A DNA stretch of 64,000 nt from the NCBI GenBank assembly GCA_041612255.1, contig JBFJJN010000009.1, positions 33,640 to 97,639 of the forward strand. The letters run 5' to 3'. The position numbers and the translations under genes are program-made. The notes under the pieces were generated by a model. It searched no databases. It was not told the origin of the DNA and saw only the letters and a list, made by a program, of their open reading frames with translations. The stretch is from Methylophilaceae bacterium. Lineage in GTDB: Bacteria > Pseudomonadota > Gammaproteobacteria > Burkholderiales > Methylophilaceae. Shown here one piece after another: positions 45,598-55,912 of this stretch (position 1 is its first letter; each line of letters begins with the position of its first letter).

Positions 45598-46588
45598 ATC
45601 CTAGTGTAGAGATGTTGATAGCCTGTTGTTCAAACTGCACCGATAATTTGCCTGTTGCATTCGTTTCGCCGATACGGGTTAAATTGACCTCTAATTGTTT
45701 AGCCAGCGATAAAATTGTCTGGCGTTGCTGAGGATGCGCGGTAAAACAAAGTTCATAATCATCACCACCAGTTAATATCGCTTTTTGTATATTCGGCTCT
45801 TGTAGACGACTTTTGAGTACGGCTAAGCAAGGTATGTTTTCTAACTGTAGTGAGGCGCCCATGACCTTGGTGTCACTTAACTCACTCGCATTTAAATTAT
45901 AGGCATTTACATAAGAGCCAGAGGCTTTAAGTATATGACTTAAATCCGCTAGTAAGCCATCAGAAATATCAATGCAACTATGCGCAATCTCACGTAAAGC
46001 CAAGCCAACAGAGACGCGTGGCTGCGGGTGATGCAGTGCGCGTAATGCAATATCACGCAACTCGTCTTCCAATACTATTTTTTGTTGCAGAAAAGCTAAT
46101 CCTAACGCCGCATGTCCTAAATGACCACTTACCCAAATATCATCGCCAACTTGCGTTTCACTTCGTTTTAGCGCTTTACCAATAGCGACTTCACCCATGA
46201 TGGTGACGCTAATATTCAGCGAACCTCTCGTGGTATCGCCGCCGATTAAATCGACGTTGAATGCATTCGCGCAAGCAAAAAAACCAGCTGAGAAAGCGCT
46301 CAACCAATCTTGATTGATGTCAGGCAAAGCGATGGATAATGTTGCCCATTTAGGTTTCGCACCCATGGCGGCCATATCGGAAATATTCACCGCAAGCGAC
46401 TTCCAGCCAATGTCATAAGGTGCGGCATCTGGGTAAAAGTGAGTGCATACTACTGACATGTCGCTTGATATTGCTAATTGATGGCCTGCAGATACTTGGA
46501 TAAGCGCAGCATCATCGCCGACGCCTAAATCAGTGTGAGTAGTCAGACGCGTAAAGTATTGTTGAATGAGGTTAAACTCGGCGGACAT
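45581..46588 (-). CDS. thiL: Thiamine-monophosphate kinase
   Basis: 335-aa AIR-synthase-like fold: GVGDDAALI, NISDMAAMGA, GGDTT, GGDDYEL. Confidence 0.88.
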   Translation of the reverse strand: MSAEFNLIQQYFTRLTTHTDLGVGDDAALIQVSAGHQLAISSDMSVVCTHFYPDAAPYDIGWKSLAVNISDMAAMGAKPKWATLSIALPDINQDWLSAFSAGFFACANAFNVDLIGGDTTRGSLNISVTIMGEVAIGKALKRSETQVGDDIWVSGHLGHAALGLAFLQQKIVLEDELRDIALRALHHPQPRVSVGLALREIAHSCIDISDGLLADLSHILKASGSYVNAYNLNASELSDTKVMGASLQLENIPCLAVLKSRLQEPNIQKAILTGGDDYELCFTAHPQQRQTILSLAKQLEVNLTRIGETNATGKLSVQFEQQAINISTLGYDHFA

Positions 46589-46943
46589 GAGGTTGTGACA
46601 ATCGGTTATAAATGTTGATTAAAATGGCACATAACAATACACCAGCAATATCTGCTAACCAATCACCAATGCTCGCAAGGCGAGTTTGAGTGAAAACGCC
46701 TTGTAGGATTTCAGTGATTGCCCCGTAAGTGATGATGCCTAAGAAAAGCCATTTGCCATGTTTAGCATAAGCCAAATAACCAATAGCCGTTAGCGTGGCA
46801 AATATGATGGCATGCATTACTTTATCGACATGCGGGAATAGAGGCGTTGATTTGCTTTGTTCAATTAATAGAAATAAGGTGATTAAACTAATCAGTAGCC
46901 AAAATAAAACAGGTGAAAAGCGGGTCAAGTAATTCGACATCAT
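46572..46943 (-). CDS. VanZ-family membrane protein
   Basis: 123 aa, 4 TM helices, DKVMHAIIFATL motif. Confidence 0.65.
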   Translation of the reverse strand: MMSNYLTRFSPVLFWLLISLITLFLLIEQSKSTPLFPHVDKVMHAIIFATLTAIGYLAYAKHGKWLFLGIITYGAITEILQGVFTQTRLASIGDWLADIAGVLLCAILINIYNRLSQPHVRRV

Positions 46944-46948
46944 TAGCG

Positions 46949-47524
46949 CTACTTATTCTTAGGGCGAAACGCTTGAACAATTGTTTCATTTGTTTCAATG
47001 AAAGGTGCGCCAATTAAATCTAAGCAATAAGGCACCGCGGCAAAAATACCGTGTACTTGGATCTTGCCCACATCATCTTTTAATCCTTCAAGCGTTTGCG
47101 CGATGGCTTTCGGTTGTCCAGGTAAATTAATGATTAAACACTGCTTACGAATCACAGCTACTTGGCGCGACAAAATAGCCGTTGCTACAAAGTTTAAGCT
47201 AATTTGACGCATTTGTTCACCAAAGCCTGGCATGACTTTGTCGCCGACAGCTAGCGTGGCTTCTGGCGTGACATCACGTAAGGCAGGACCTGTGCCGCCA
47301 GTGGTCAGTACCAAATGACAGTTTGATACATCTACTAATTCAATCAATGTTGTTTCTATCGTATTTTGATCATCAGCAATTAAACGTGTTTCGATTTGGA
47401 ACGGCGATATTAACGCTTGTTTAAGCCAAGACTCCAAACTTGGAATGCCTTTATCTTCATAAATGCCTTGGGAAGCGCGATCGCTAATGGAAACTAAGCC
47501 GATTTTGATTATTTTGTCTTGCAT
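46949..47524 (-). CDS. mogA: Molybdopterin adenylyltransferase MogA
   Basis: 191 aa. IGLVSISDRASQGIYEDKGIP...LVLTTGGTGPALRDVTPEAT. Confidence 0.82.
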   Translation of the reverse strand: MQDKIIKIGLVSISDRASQGIYEDKGIPSLESWLKQALISPFQIETRLIADDQNTIETTLIELVDVSNCHLVLTTGGTGPALRDVTPEATLAVGDKVMPGFGEQMRQISLNFVATAILSRQVAVIRKQCLIINLPGQPKAIAQTLEGLKDDVGKIQVHGIFAAVPYCLDLIGAPFIETNETIVQAFRPKNK

Positions 47525-47597
47525 GTGAATTGTTTGTTTAATATTGTGTCAATAACATCATTAGATTATCACGATAAACATTCAAGGACTTGGAACT

Positions 47598-48329
47598 ATG
47601 ATGAAAAAAATGCTGTGTGTGGCTTTGGTGACGTTTTGCATTCAAACGGTACAAGCCGCTGAAAACTTATATGAAAAAAATTATAAGGAGCAGAATAATA
47701 GCAACTTACAATCGATGCAAGCCAGTCTAGACACTAAAATGTATGTCAGCAATCACTTTGATGACGACAACATTAGCATGTTAGAAAGTGGTTATGACAT
47801 GATGGGTAGCAGCGGTTTTGAAGCGGGTAGTATTGCACCTGATTTAGCGTTAGAACATGCTAAATCAATCAAAGCAGATGTAGTGCTGGTTTATAGTAAA
47901 TATGCTTCAAAAAAATCATCACTCTCAACTTTGCAAATCATCAAAGAGGCTGCAAAAAAAACCGGTGAAATTGATGCGGATTTGCTAAAAGGCGATGAGG
48001 AACAGTATAAATACTATGCGAGCTATTGGGCAAAATTACCAATGCCATTGCTAGGTTTACATGTCATTAAATTAAAACACAAAGAAAAAGACAGCACTGA
48101 AGTGATTGAAGATGACGGCTTAAAAGTATTAGCGGTAATAAAAGGCTCGTCAGCGTTCAAAGCAGGCTTAAAACGAGGCGATGTTTTGTTAAAAATAGCG
48201 GGTGCTGAGACACAAACGCCAGCGCAACTTTCGCAGGCAGTTGGTAAAAATAAAGGTAAAGAAGTAAAAATCAGCTACAAACGGAATGATAACTTAGCAC
48301 AAACTAGCGCTAGATTGATAGCTGAATAG
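47598..48329 (+). CDS. Secreted PDZ-domain protein (hypothetical)
   Basis: 243 aa. Signal peptide and a C-terminal PDZ (GLKVLAVIKGSSAFKAGLKRGDVLLKIAG...). Confidence 0.6.
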   Translation: MMKKMLCVALVTFCIQTVQAAENLYEKNYKEQNNSNLQSMQASLDTKMYVSNHFDDDNISMLESGYDMMGSSGFEAGSIAPDLALEHAKSIKADVVLVYSKYASKKSSLSTLQIIKEAAKKTGEIDADLLKGDEEQYKYYASYWAKLPMPLLGLHVIKLKHKEKDSTEVIEDDGLKVLAVIKGSSAFKAGLKRGDVLLKIAGAETQTPAQLSQAVGKNKGKEVKISYKRNDNLAQTSARLIAE

Positions 48330-48416
48330 TTCCTCAACCTTCGTCAGACGCTGTTAGGACAGATGTTATTAAAATAAATGAAGCGTTAAAAAGAAATAGT
48401 CAGTTGACTTTGCTGA

Positions 48417-48938
48417 CTATTTTTGAGCAGCTTCTGTTGTTTCGCGTAATAGCTTGAATAACTCTCGTGTACTTTTGGGCGGCTTATTATTACTTATTTC
48501 TTTATGCGCATTGCGACACAAAGTGCGGATGAGCTGTACGTCAGCATTCGGGTAGGTTGTGAGGAACTCTTGTAGCGCATCGGATTGTGGGGCAGGTGAC
48601 TCGTCAATAAGACGGTCGCGCCAGCGCTCCAGTAAATGGAAGCGCGCATTCTCTTCAATATTTTTACCTTCCCAGCGAGCGAGCTGCTCTTCAATTGGTT
48701 CAATATCAGTGTCACGCATGAGTCGACCAATATATTGTAGTTGACGACGGATAGCGCCATTTGCAGAGAGTCGCTTAGCTTCCATGACAGCATCATGTAA
48801 ACGCTCTTCAAGCTTTAATTTATTAATTTGGTCTTTGGTTAATTCAATTAACTTTTTACCCACCAATTGCTGCGCATCAGCTTCCGCTTTGCGTTTGGTT
48901 TTGCTAATAAACTCTTCTTCTACATCTTTTTCTTGCAT
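48417..48938 (-). CDS. yjgA: Ribosome-associated protein YjgA/DarP (DUF615)
   Basis: 173 aa. RRQLQYIGRLMRDTDIEPI...LERWRDRLI...NKPPKSTRELFKLLRE is collinear with E. coli YjgA. Divergent from pmbA, as in E. coli. Confidence 0.85.
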   Translation of the reverse strand: MQEKDVEEEFISKTKRKAEADAQQLVGKKLIELTKDQINKLKLEERLHDAVMEAKRLSANGAIRRQLQYIGRLMRDTDIEPIEEQLARWEGKNIEENARFHLLERWRDRLIDESPAPQSDALQEFLTTYPNADVQLIRTLCRNAHKEISNNKPPKSTRELFKLLRETTEAAQK

Positions 48939-49031
48939 GTTTTTAATAGACTTTGCTTAAGATACTACTGATGCACGGTATGATAACAGTTTTAGCGATT
49001 TACGATAATGGATTGCTGTAATAAATGAGGC

Positions 49032-50357
49032 ATGATGAAACAAGACGCTTTAAAACAAATTAGTGAAGATGCACTTAAAGTAGCCAAACAAGCTGGCGCA
49101 TCGGCTGCAGAAGTGGATGTGAGCTTTGGCACAGGACAAACCGTTTCTGTACGGAAGGGCGAAACTGAAAATATAGAATACAACCGCGATAAAGGCATTT
49201 CCGTGACCGTCTTTTTCGGGCACAAAAAAGGCTATGCGAGTACTTCAGATTTTAGTCCGCAAGCGATTAAAGACACTGTTGAAGCGGCTTGTAATATTGC
49301 CAAATTTACAGCAGAAGATCCATTTTGTGGGTTAGCAGATGCCAGCTTGATGGCGCAAACAATACCTGATTTAAATTTATATCATCCTTGGGTACTAACA
49401 GTAGAAGAGGCTGGCGAGCTTGCCAAGCGTTGTGAAGCGGCTGCATTGGCAGTCGATAAAAAGCGGATCACAAACTCGGAAGGGGCAAGTGTCTCAATCA
49501 GCGAAGGTCAGTTTGTTTATGCCAATACGCATGGATTTTCTGGTGGCTATCCTACTTCTCGACATAGCATCAGTTGCTCAGTCATAGCAGAAGCTGCAGG
49601 CGCTATGCAACGTGATTACTGGTACAGCTCTGCTAGAGATGCCAATGATATGCGTACGCCTGAATATGTAGGTCAGCTAGCGGGTGAGCGTACTGTGCGA
49701 CGTTTAGGTTCGCGCACGATTAAAACAGGGCAATACCCAGTGTTATTTGAGGCGCCTTTAGCCAGCGGGATTATATCTTCATTAGTGAGTGCTATTTCTG
49801 GCGGTAATTTATATCGAAAATCCTCGTTTTTACTCGATAGTATGGGTCAAAAAGTAGCTTCTTCGCTCTTGAATATTGAAGAGTTGCCACACCTTGAAAA
49901 AGGATTAGCAAGTACTCCATTTGATAATGAAGGTGTATTGGCAAAGCCACGTATGCTGGTGGAAAATGGCGTTTTACAAGGCTATCTATTGTCTAGCTAC
50001 TCGGCCAGAAAATTAGGTTTGCAGACCACAGGTAATGCGGGAGGTGCTCATAACTTAGTCATAAAGCATACACAACAATCATTTGCAGACTTATTGGCAA
50101 TGATGGGGACTGGTTTGCTAGTAACTGAGCTATTAGGACATGGATTGAATATGGTCACTGGCGATTACTCCAGAGGCGCTGCGGGTTTTTGGGTGGAAAA
50201 CGGCGTGATTGCTTATCCAGTAGAAGAAATTACCATTGCTAGCAATATGAAAGAGATGCTCAATCAAATTATTGCCGTTGCTGATGATGCTATTATGCCT
50301 AGCTCAAAACAAACTGGGTCTATCTTAATTGAGAAGATGACGGTTGCGGCAGCTTGA
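49032..50357 (+). CDS. pmbA: Metalloprotease PmbA (TldE)
   Basis: 441 aa, PmbA/TldD fold. Ends ..GDYSRGAAGFWVENG...GSILIEKMTVAA. Confidence 0.88.
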   Translation: MMKQDALKQISEDALKVAKQAGASAAEVDVSFGTGQTVSVRKGETENIEYNRDKGISVTVFFGHKKGYASTSDFSPQAIKDTVEAACNIAKFTAEDPFCGLADASLMAQTIPDLNLYHPWVLTVEEAGELAKRCEAAALAVDKKRITNSEGASVSISEGQFVYANTHGFSGGYPTSRHSISCSVIAEAAGAMQRDYWYSSARDANDMRTPEYVGQLAGERTVRRLGSRTIKTGQYPVLFEAPLASGIISSLVSAISGGNLYRKSSFLLDSMGQKVASSLLNIEELPHLEKGLASTPFDNEGVLAKPRMLVENGVLQGYLLSSYSARKLGLQTTGNAGGAHNLVIKHTQQSFADLLAMMGTGLLVTELLGHGLNMVTGDYSRGAAGFWVENGVIAYPVEEITIASNMKEMLNQIIAVADDAIMPSSKQTGSILIEKMTVAAA

Positions 50358-50403
50358 GTTATTTGGAATTAGCGCTAAAACTATATAGGTAATAGAAGAT
50401 AAG

Positions 50404-50432
50404 AAAAAAGCCTCTAGAAAGAGGCTTTTTTC
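50404..50432. terminator. Bidirectional rho-independent terminator
   Basis: aaaaaagcctct-agaa-agaggctttttt between convergent pmbA and mlaA. Confidence 0.8.
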
Positions 50433-50471
50433 TTGCAGTAAGATTGTAATTAAAGCAGTCTGAATGAAGCT

Positions 50472-51233
50472 CTATTTTTCTTCAACTGGGATATCTACAT
50501 CTTCATCAGCTGGCTCAAACGAGTCTTTGATGAATTCATCTGGCACCAAACCATCTTGCACTTGGCTTGCACGGCGCTGTAAATAAGCATCACGCGTAAA
50601 CGCATATGCATCTAAAGAGGCATCGTCTACAAAGTCTTTCGCATCGAGTAACTCAGTGCGCTTGTCTAAGAACTGCATCGCCCGTAATTGATTGTGTAAG
50701 CGTATTTCACCAATGTTGTGCGTGTAAGTGATTGGATCTGTAGTTGTTGTGTCAACTACAAAACCCGTTGTATCGCGCACTGTGCTTGGACCAATAAATG
50801 GCAAGACTAAATATGCGCCATTACCTACACCCCAATGACCGAGTGTTTGACCAAAGTCTTCAGTATGCGTTGGGATACCATCCATGCTAGCAACATCAAT
50901 GAAGCCAGCTAAACCAAAAGTTGAGTTAATAACAAAGCGCCCTGCATCAGTAAATGCATGAGCGAATTTTAACTGCAGTATGTCGTTAACTACCGTTGTA
51001 ATTGATCTTAAATTATTAAAGAAGTTGTTAATGCCTTTGCGTATTGGCGAAGGTGTGACTGCTTTGTATACTTTTGCTACTGGTTTGAACACAGCATTGT
51101 CAGCTGCATCATTAAATTGATAAACACCACGGTTAACAGTTTCTAGTGGGTCTTTATTGTCTAATGTTGCGCAACCTGTTGCCAACATCACTAGTAAGCA
51201 GCTAAATAATAATTTAATGAGTTTGAACTGCAT
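50472..51233 (-). CDS. mlaA: Outer-membrane lipid asymmetry lipoprotein MlaA (VacJ)
   Basis: 253 aa. Lipoprotein-type signal (..LATGC), DPLE..NR.VY.FND and GPS..RD motifs. Confidence 0.88.
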   Translation of the reverse strand: MQFKLIKLLFSCLLVMLATGCATLDNKDPLETVNRGVYQFNDAADNAVFKPVAKVYKAVTPSPIRKGINNFFNNLRSITTVVNDILQLKFAHAFTDAGRFVINSTFGLAGFIDVASMDGIPTHTEDFGQTLGHWGVGNGAYLVLPFIGPSTVRDTTGFVVDTTTTDPITYTHNIGEIRLHNQLRAMQFLDKRTELLDAKDFVDDASLDAYAFTRDAYLQRRASQVQDGLVPDEFIKDSFEPADEDVDIPVEEK

Positions 51234-51461
51234 ATTGAGTCGCTATCTTTATTTATAATTTTCGTTAAAGGCGGAACGGTTGAATTCACGCATATTCCCT
51301 ATAATAAATGCATTATCCCTAATAGTGCTGTCACTGTCTATTAAATAAATTCGCACTAATTTTATCGACTCATGGCTGTTGTAAAAAAACAACTTTAAAG
51401 CAATTTTTACTACGATTGACGACTATTGATAAATTTTTTTGAGTCATTTGTGACTGTTTAT

Positions 51462-52886
51462 TTAACTGCTTGCTTCTTTGTATAGTTGCAATACCAGTGT
51501 GCGCTGAGCGCTGTGGTCAACAATTGGTTCTGGGTAGTTTTCTCCAATGATGATTTCGAGTTCACTTTGACGTGAAGACGCCATTTTCCAAGGCTCATGG
51601 ATTTCTTTATCATTGCATTTTTCTAGTTCTGGCACATATTTTCTTATAAACCTTCCTTTTGGATCAAAGCGTTGGCTTTGCGTGGTTGGATTGAATATAC
51701 GAAACCAGGGTTGCGCATCGCAACCAGTTGAGGCAGCCCATTGCCACCCACCGTTGTTTGCGCTGAAATCAAAGTCGATTAAGTGTTCCGCAAAATAACG
51801 CTCACCCCAGCGCCAATCAATGAGCAAATCTTTTACCAGAAAACTAGCAACAATCATGCGCAACCGATTATGCATATAACCAGTTTCATTGATTTGTCGC
51901 ATTGCCGCATCCACTAGCGGAAAACCTGTTTTTCCTGCACACCAGGCGGCAAACTGTTGCTCGTTATTGGGAAACACTAATTGATTAAATTGTGGATTAA
52001 AAGTATGGCCTGATGCAAGCTGTGGATTGTGATGCAAAATTTGAAAATAAAAGTCACGCCAAATCAATTCATTTAACCAAGTTTCAGCGCCAGCATTACT
52101 CATATTGCGTGCAGTTCTCGCTAAGTGACGGATAGAGACTGTGCCAAAGCGCAAATGGGTTGATAGATAAGACACTCCTTTGACTGCGGGAAAATCTCTT
52201 GCCATTTTATATTGGTCGATGCGGGTGGTGAAATCTGCTAATAATTGCTTACCGCCTGCCATGCCAATTGGTAATGGCATATTAGTTAAGTTAGTTCGTT
52301 TGAACCCAATGGTTTCTAAGCTTGGTAACGCCGTTGCTGACACTTTAGCTAAATGATTGATATAGGAGTCGACTGGATAAGTCTTTAAGTAAAAATCATC
52401 CAGTTTTTTAAGAACAGCGTTGCGATAAGGTGTAAATACACGGTATGGCTTATCGCTTAAATTGAGTATTTCATCTTTTTCAAAAATGACTTGGTCTTTA
52501 AAACTGTGATAATCAATTTTTTTTGCATTTAATGTAGCTTTAACTACTGCATCACGCGCAATTGCGCTGGGCTCGTAGTCGTGATTAACAAATAAAGCTT
52601 CAATAGAAAGTTGATTAGCTAATTTCGGTATTATTTCAGTGGCTTTTTCATGTTGCACTAACAAATCACCGCCGTGTTGCTGAAGTGCTAATTTTAGTTC
52701 TCGCACACTTTCCCAAATAAACTCAACACGTCTGTCAGCCTTATTCGTTAAAGCATCTAAAATATCGGTATCAAAAACAAACACGCAGTACACTTTTTTT
52801 GATGTTTTGAGCGCGTGATAAAGCGCCGCATGATCAAAGTCGCGCAAATCTCTGCGAAACCAAACTAAGCTATTAACATATTGCAT
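51462..52886 (-). CDS. phr: Deoxyribodipyrimidine photolyase / cryptochrome-family flavoprotein
   Basis: 474 aa. LVWFRRDLR N-terminus and the FAD domain WQWAASTGCDAQPWFRIFNPTTQSQRFDP. Confidence 0.88.
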   Translation of the reverse strand: MQYVNSLVWFRRDLRDFDHAALYHALKTSKKVYCVFVFDTDILDALTNKADRRVEFIWESVRELKLALQQHGGDLLVQHEKATEIIPKLANQLSIEALFVNHDYEPSAIARDAVVKATLNAKKIDYHSFKDQVIFEKDEILNLSDKPYRVFTPYRNAVLKKLDDFYLKTYPVDSYINHLAKVSATALPSLETIGFKRTNLTNMPLPIGMAGGKQLLADFTTRIDQYKMARDFPAVKGVSYLSTHLRFGTVSIRHLARTARNMSNAGAETWLNELIWRDFYFQILHHNPQLASGHTFNPQFNQLVFPNNEQQFAAWCAGKTGFPLVDAAMRQINETGYMHNRLRMIVASFLVKDLLIDWRWGERYFAEHLIDFDFSANNGGWQWAASTGCDAQPWFRIFNPTTQSQRFDPKGRFIRKYVPELEKCNDKEIHEPWKMASSRQSELEIIIGENYPEPIVDHSAQRTLVLQLYKEASS

Positions 52887-52903
52887 TTATTTAATGCGTG
52901 AGT

Positions 52904-53371
52904 TTACTCACGGTGATATGGATGATTCTGTATGACTGTGTAAGCGCGATAGAGTTGCTCAGACAGTAGCACGCGCACAAACGCATGTGGCATAGTCAGT
53001 TTAGATAAAGACCAACAAAAATCTGCTTTTTGAATAAGCGACGGATCCAAGCCATCAGCGCCGCCAACCAGAATGCTGACATCGCGCCCCATTTCTTGCC
53101 ATGATTGCATCATGCTCGCTAAATCGACGGTTGTTTTTTCTTTACCATGTTCGTCGCAGGCAATTAGCCAATCTTTATTGGCTGCTTTAAGAATGCGCTC
53201 TGCTTCTGCAGCTTGCACGGCCGGATTCTTTTTGCCATCAGCGCGTTTATCTGGTTTTATTTCAATAATTTCAACCGTCAACTCACGTGGCATCCGCTTA
53301 ATATATTCTGCACATGCGGTTTCAACCCAGCTAGGCATTTTGTGCCCAACTGAAATGATTTTAAGTTTCAT
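52904..53371 (-). CDS. rlmH: 23S rRNA (pseudouridine1915-N3)-methyltransferase RlmH
   Basis: 155-aa SPOUT fold. ILVGGADGL...LSLSKLTMPH...EQLYRA, following rsfS. Confidence 0.9.
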   Translation of the reverse strand: MKLKIISVGHKMPSWVETACAEYIKRMPRELTVEIIEIKPDKRADGKKNPAVQAAEAERILKAANKDWLIACDEHGKEKTTVDLASMMQSWQEMGRDVSILVGGADGLDPSLIQKADFCWSLSKLTMPHAFVRVLLSEQLYRAYTVIQNHPYHRE

Positions 53372-53389
53372 GCGTTGGAAGTGCGGGCT

Positions 53390-53758
53390 TTATACTGAAG
53401 CTGCGTTTGGCTTACCAGTAGTGACATGCTTACCTTCGCCGCCCCATAATTGCTCGAGGTTGTAATAGGCGCGTGTCGCTGGAATCATGATATGCACAAT
53501 GGCTTCGCCCAAATCAACCAACACCCACTCGCCTTCTTTTTCACCCTCTAAACCGCGCGGATGGTAGCCTTTAGCTTTTAATTCTACGTAGATATTATCG
53601 GCGATAGCCTTGGTTTGACGTGATGAATTTGCACTGCAAATAATCATGTAATTAGTCATAGAAGTGAGTTTTGAAACATCTAAAACAGTAATATCAAAAC
53701 CTTTGATATCTTCGATTGCGTTTACGACCGCGTCTTTCATTGCGATTAAATCTGACAA
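53390..53758 (-). CDS. rsfS: Ribosomal silencing factor RsfS
   Basis: 122 aa. DIKGFDITVLDV...DYMIICS..S.RQ..AIADNI...EG....W.L.D.G..IVHI. Confidence 0.88.
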   Translation of the reverse strand: MSDLIAMKDAVVNAIEDIKGFDITVLDVSKLTSMTNYMIICSANSSRQTKAIADNIYVELKAKGYHPRGLEGEKEGEWVLVDLGEAIVHIMIPATRAYYNLEQLWGGEGKHVTTGKPNAASV

Positions 53759-53781
53759 GTGATTACCTTTAAAATAGAGAG

Positions 53782-54162
53782 TTAAGCAGCTTGCGCTGGG
53801 ATTTTACTTTTGAGTTCTTTGATGCGATTAAAGTCATCAACATAAACCAGTGTTGGAGCAAACGTTTCCAACTCGGCGGCATTATATTGCGCATAAGTCG
53901 CGATAATAACAATGTCATCTGGCTTTGCTTTATGTGCGGCTGCGCCGTTGGTCGAGATGATACCTGAATGACGCTCTGCGCGAATAGCATAGGTTGTAAA
54001 ACGCTCGCCATTTGTTACATTATAAATGGCAATCTTTTCATATTCGCTAATATCAGCGGCTTCCAATAGCGCCTCATCGATCGCGCAACTGCCTTCATAA
54101 TGAAGCTCGCTGTGCGTGACATGGACACGGTGAAGTTTGGATTTAAGCATCGTTCTTTGCAT
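53782..54162 (-). CDS. panD: Aspartate 1-decarboxylase
   Basis: 126 aa. [26 protein letters not shown] includes the Gly-Ser self-processing site. Confidence 0.95.
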   Translation of the reverse strand: MQRTMLKSKLHRVHVTHSELHYEGSCAIDEALLEAADISEYEKIAIYNVTNGERFTTYAIRAERHSGIISTNGAAAHKAKPDDIVIIATYAQYNAAELETFAPTLVYVDDFNRIKELKSKIPAQAA

Positions 54163-54201
54163 TCAGTATAGCCATTCAATCTTACAAAGGTAGCATTGTA
54201 A

Positions 54202-55077
54202 TCAATTCAAGGGTTTAGCGCAAAACTCAATATTGTCAATTAGGCGAATATTGGCTAAGGTGGCGGCGGCTAGAATCACTAATTGGACATCGTCTTGTTG
54301 AGCAGGATTAAGTGAAAGCGCATTTCTAATGGAGACATAATCGACCTGCCAGCCTTGTTTTGTAAGCTGTTCAGCTGTTTGCTTTTCAATATTGTTAAAG
54401 TCAGAATGTGGCGATTGTGCCGCTTTGACTGCCATATTAAGCGCTTGATTAAGTTGTGCTGCTTGCTCTTTTTGTTGTAAATTAAAATGACCATTACGCG
54501 AACTCATGGCAAGTCCGTTGTCTTCGCGCACAATATCAGCGGCAATAATCTCGACGGCAAAGTTAAATTGTTTAACAAGCTCACGAATAATCGATAGCTG
54601 TTGAAAGTCTTTTTTGCCAAATACCGCAATATTAGGCTGCACAAGATTAAACAGTTTTGCCACAACCGTTGCAACGCCCGCAAAATGTCCAGGTCTGCTA
54701 GCGCCGCAGAGCTCATCTGCAATAGGAGGCGGTGTGATTGTCATGCTTTGATTGAATGATTTTCCATCAAAATCGGGATACATTTCTTCAATAGTCGGCG
54801 TAAAAACAATCGTTTCACCCGCTTTTTCTAGCAGCGCGCAATCTGCATCTAATGTTCGCGGATATTTTTCTAAATCAATCGCTGAATCAAACTGTAATGG
54901 ATTCACAAAAATACTGACAACAACACATTCCGCGTGTTGTTTTGCAATATTGACCAGTGCTATGTGACCAGCATGTAAGTTGCCCATGGTTGGTACAAAA
55001 GCAATGTTGGGATGATCTTTTAAGGCATCTTTTAACGCCGCGCTGGAATGAACAACTTGCATCTTTTTGGCTTGCAC
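54202..55077 (-). CDS. panC: Pantoate--beta-alanine ligase
   Basis: PTMGNLHAGH, VSIFVNPLQF. The start is either a GTG overlapping the panB stop by 1 nt or the ATG at 55062. Confidence 0.93.
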   Translation of the reverse strand: MQAKKMQVVHSSAALKDALKDHPNIAFVPTMGNLHAGHIALVNIAKQHAECVVVSIFVNPLQFDSAIDLEKYPRTLDADCALLEKAGETIVFTPTIEEMYPDFDGKSFNQSMTITPPPIADELCGASRPGHFAGVATVVAKLFNLVQPNIAVFGKKDFQQLSIIRELVKQFNFAVEIIAADIVREDNGLAMSSRNGHFNLQQKEQAAQLNQALNMAVKAAQSPHSDFNNIEKQTAEQLTKQGWQVDYVSIRNALSLNPAQQDDVQLVILAAATLANIRLIDNIEFCAKPLN

Positions 55078-55907
55078 TAGTAGCTGTGCTCTTTCGCAGG
55101 GAAGGACTGGTCTTTAACTGCTTTGCTATAAGCTACAACCGCATCTTGAATACTGTCATTGTCTTTTAAAAAATTACGCACAAAGCGAGGTAGTTTGAAA
55201 TCGCTAGGCGCCTTATTCGCTGGGCCGGTATAAATACCAATCAAGTCTTGCAGCACCAATACTTGCCCGCTACAATCAACACCAGCACCAATGCCAATAG
55301 TCGGCGCATTGATTAATTTAGTAATTTGAGCAGCTAATGTTGCAGGTACCATTTCTAATACAATCATACTGACCCCTGCTTCGTCCATGGCTTTAGCATC
55401 ATTGATGATTTTTTGGGCAGATTCTTCTGTTTTACCTTGAATTTTGTAGCCGCCCAATTGGTTAACCGATTGTGGAGTAAAACCTAAATGCGCACACACA
55501 GGCACGCCATGCGCAACTAAATAACGCGCTGTTTCAACACGTTGGCCACCGCCTTCAAACTTCACCATGCTAGCGCCAGATTTAATGAGCCACTGCGCAT
55601 TCTTAAGCGCGGCTTCATTATCATGCTCATAACTGCCTAATGGCATGTCAGCAACAATCAGCGTATTAGGTGCACCAGCGGCAACACTTTTAGTGTGATA
55701 AGTCATGTGATGCATGCTAACGTTAAGTGTGTTTTCTGCGCCCTGCAACACCATGCCGAGTGAGTCGCCAACTAACAATACATCAATACCAGCTAGTTCC
55801 ATTAGTTTAGCAAACGTCGCGTCATAGCAAGTGAGCATGACGATTTTTTCGCCTGCGGAACTGAGTTTGCTTAAATGGTTTAGCTTGTTGGTTGAGTTTA
55901 ATTGCAT
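55077..55907 (-). CDS. panB: 3-methyl-2-oxobutanoate hydroxymethyltransferase
   Basis: 276 aa. MLTCYDATFA...LLVGDSLGMV...VVADMPLGSY...KFEGG. Confidence 0.94.
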   Translation of the reverse strand: MQLNSTNKLNHLSKLSSAGEKIVMLTCYDATFAKLMELAGIDVLLVGDSLGMVLQGAENTLNVSMHHMTYHTKSVAAGAPNTLIVADMPLGSYEHDNEAALKNAQWLIKSGASMVKFEGGGQRVETARYLVAHGVPVCAHLGFTPQSVNQLGGYKIQGKTEESAQKIINDAKAMDEAGVSMIVLEMVPATLAAQITKLINAPTIGIGAGVDCSGQVLVLQDLIGIYTGPANKAPSDFKLPRFVRNFLKDNDSIQDAVVAYSKAVKDQSFPAKEHSY

Positions 55908-55912
55908 GCAAT

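Noticed and set aside
53769-54011. 80-aa ORF overlapping panD
   Set aside because: Out of frame with the unmistakable aspartate decarboxylase sequence.
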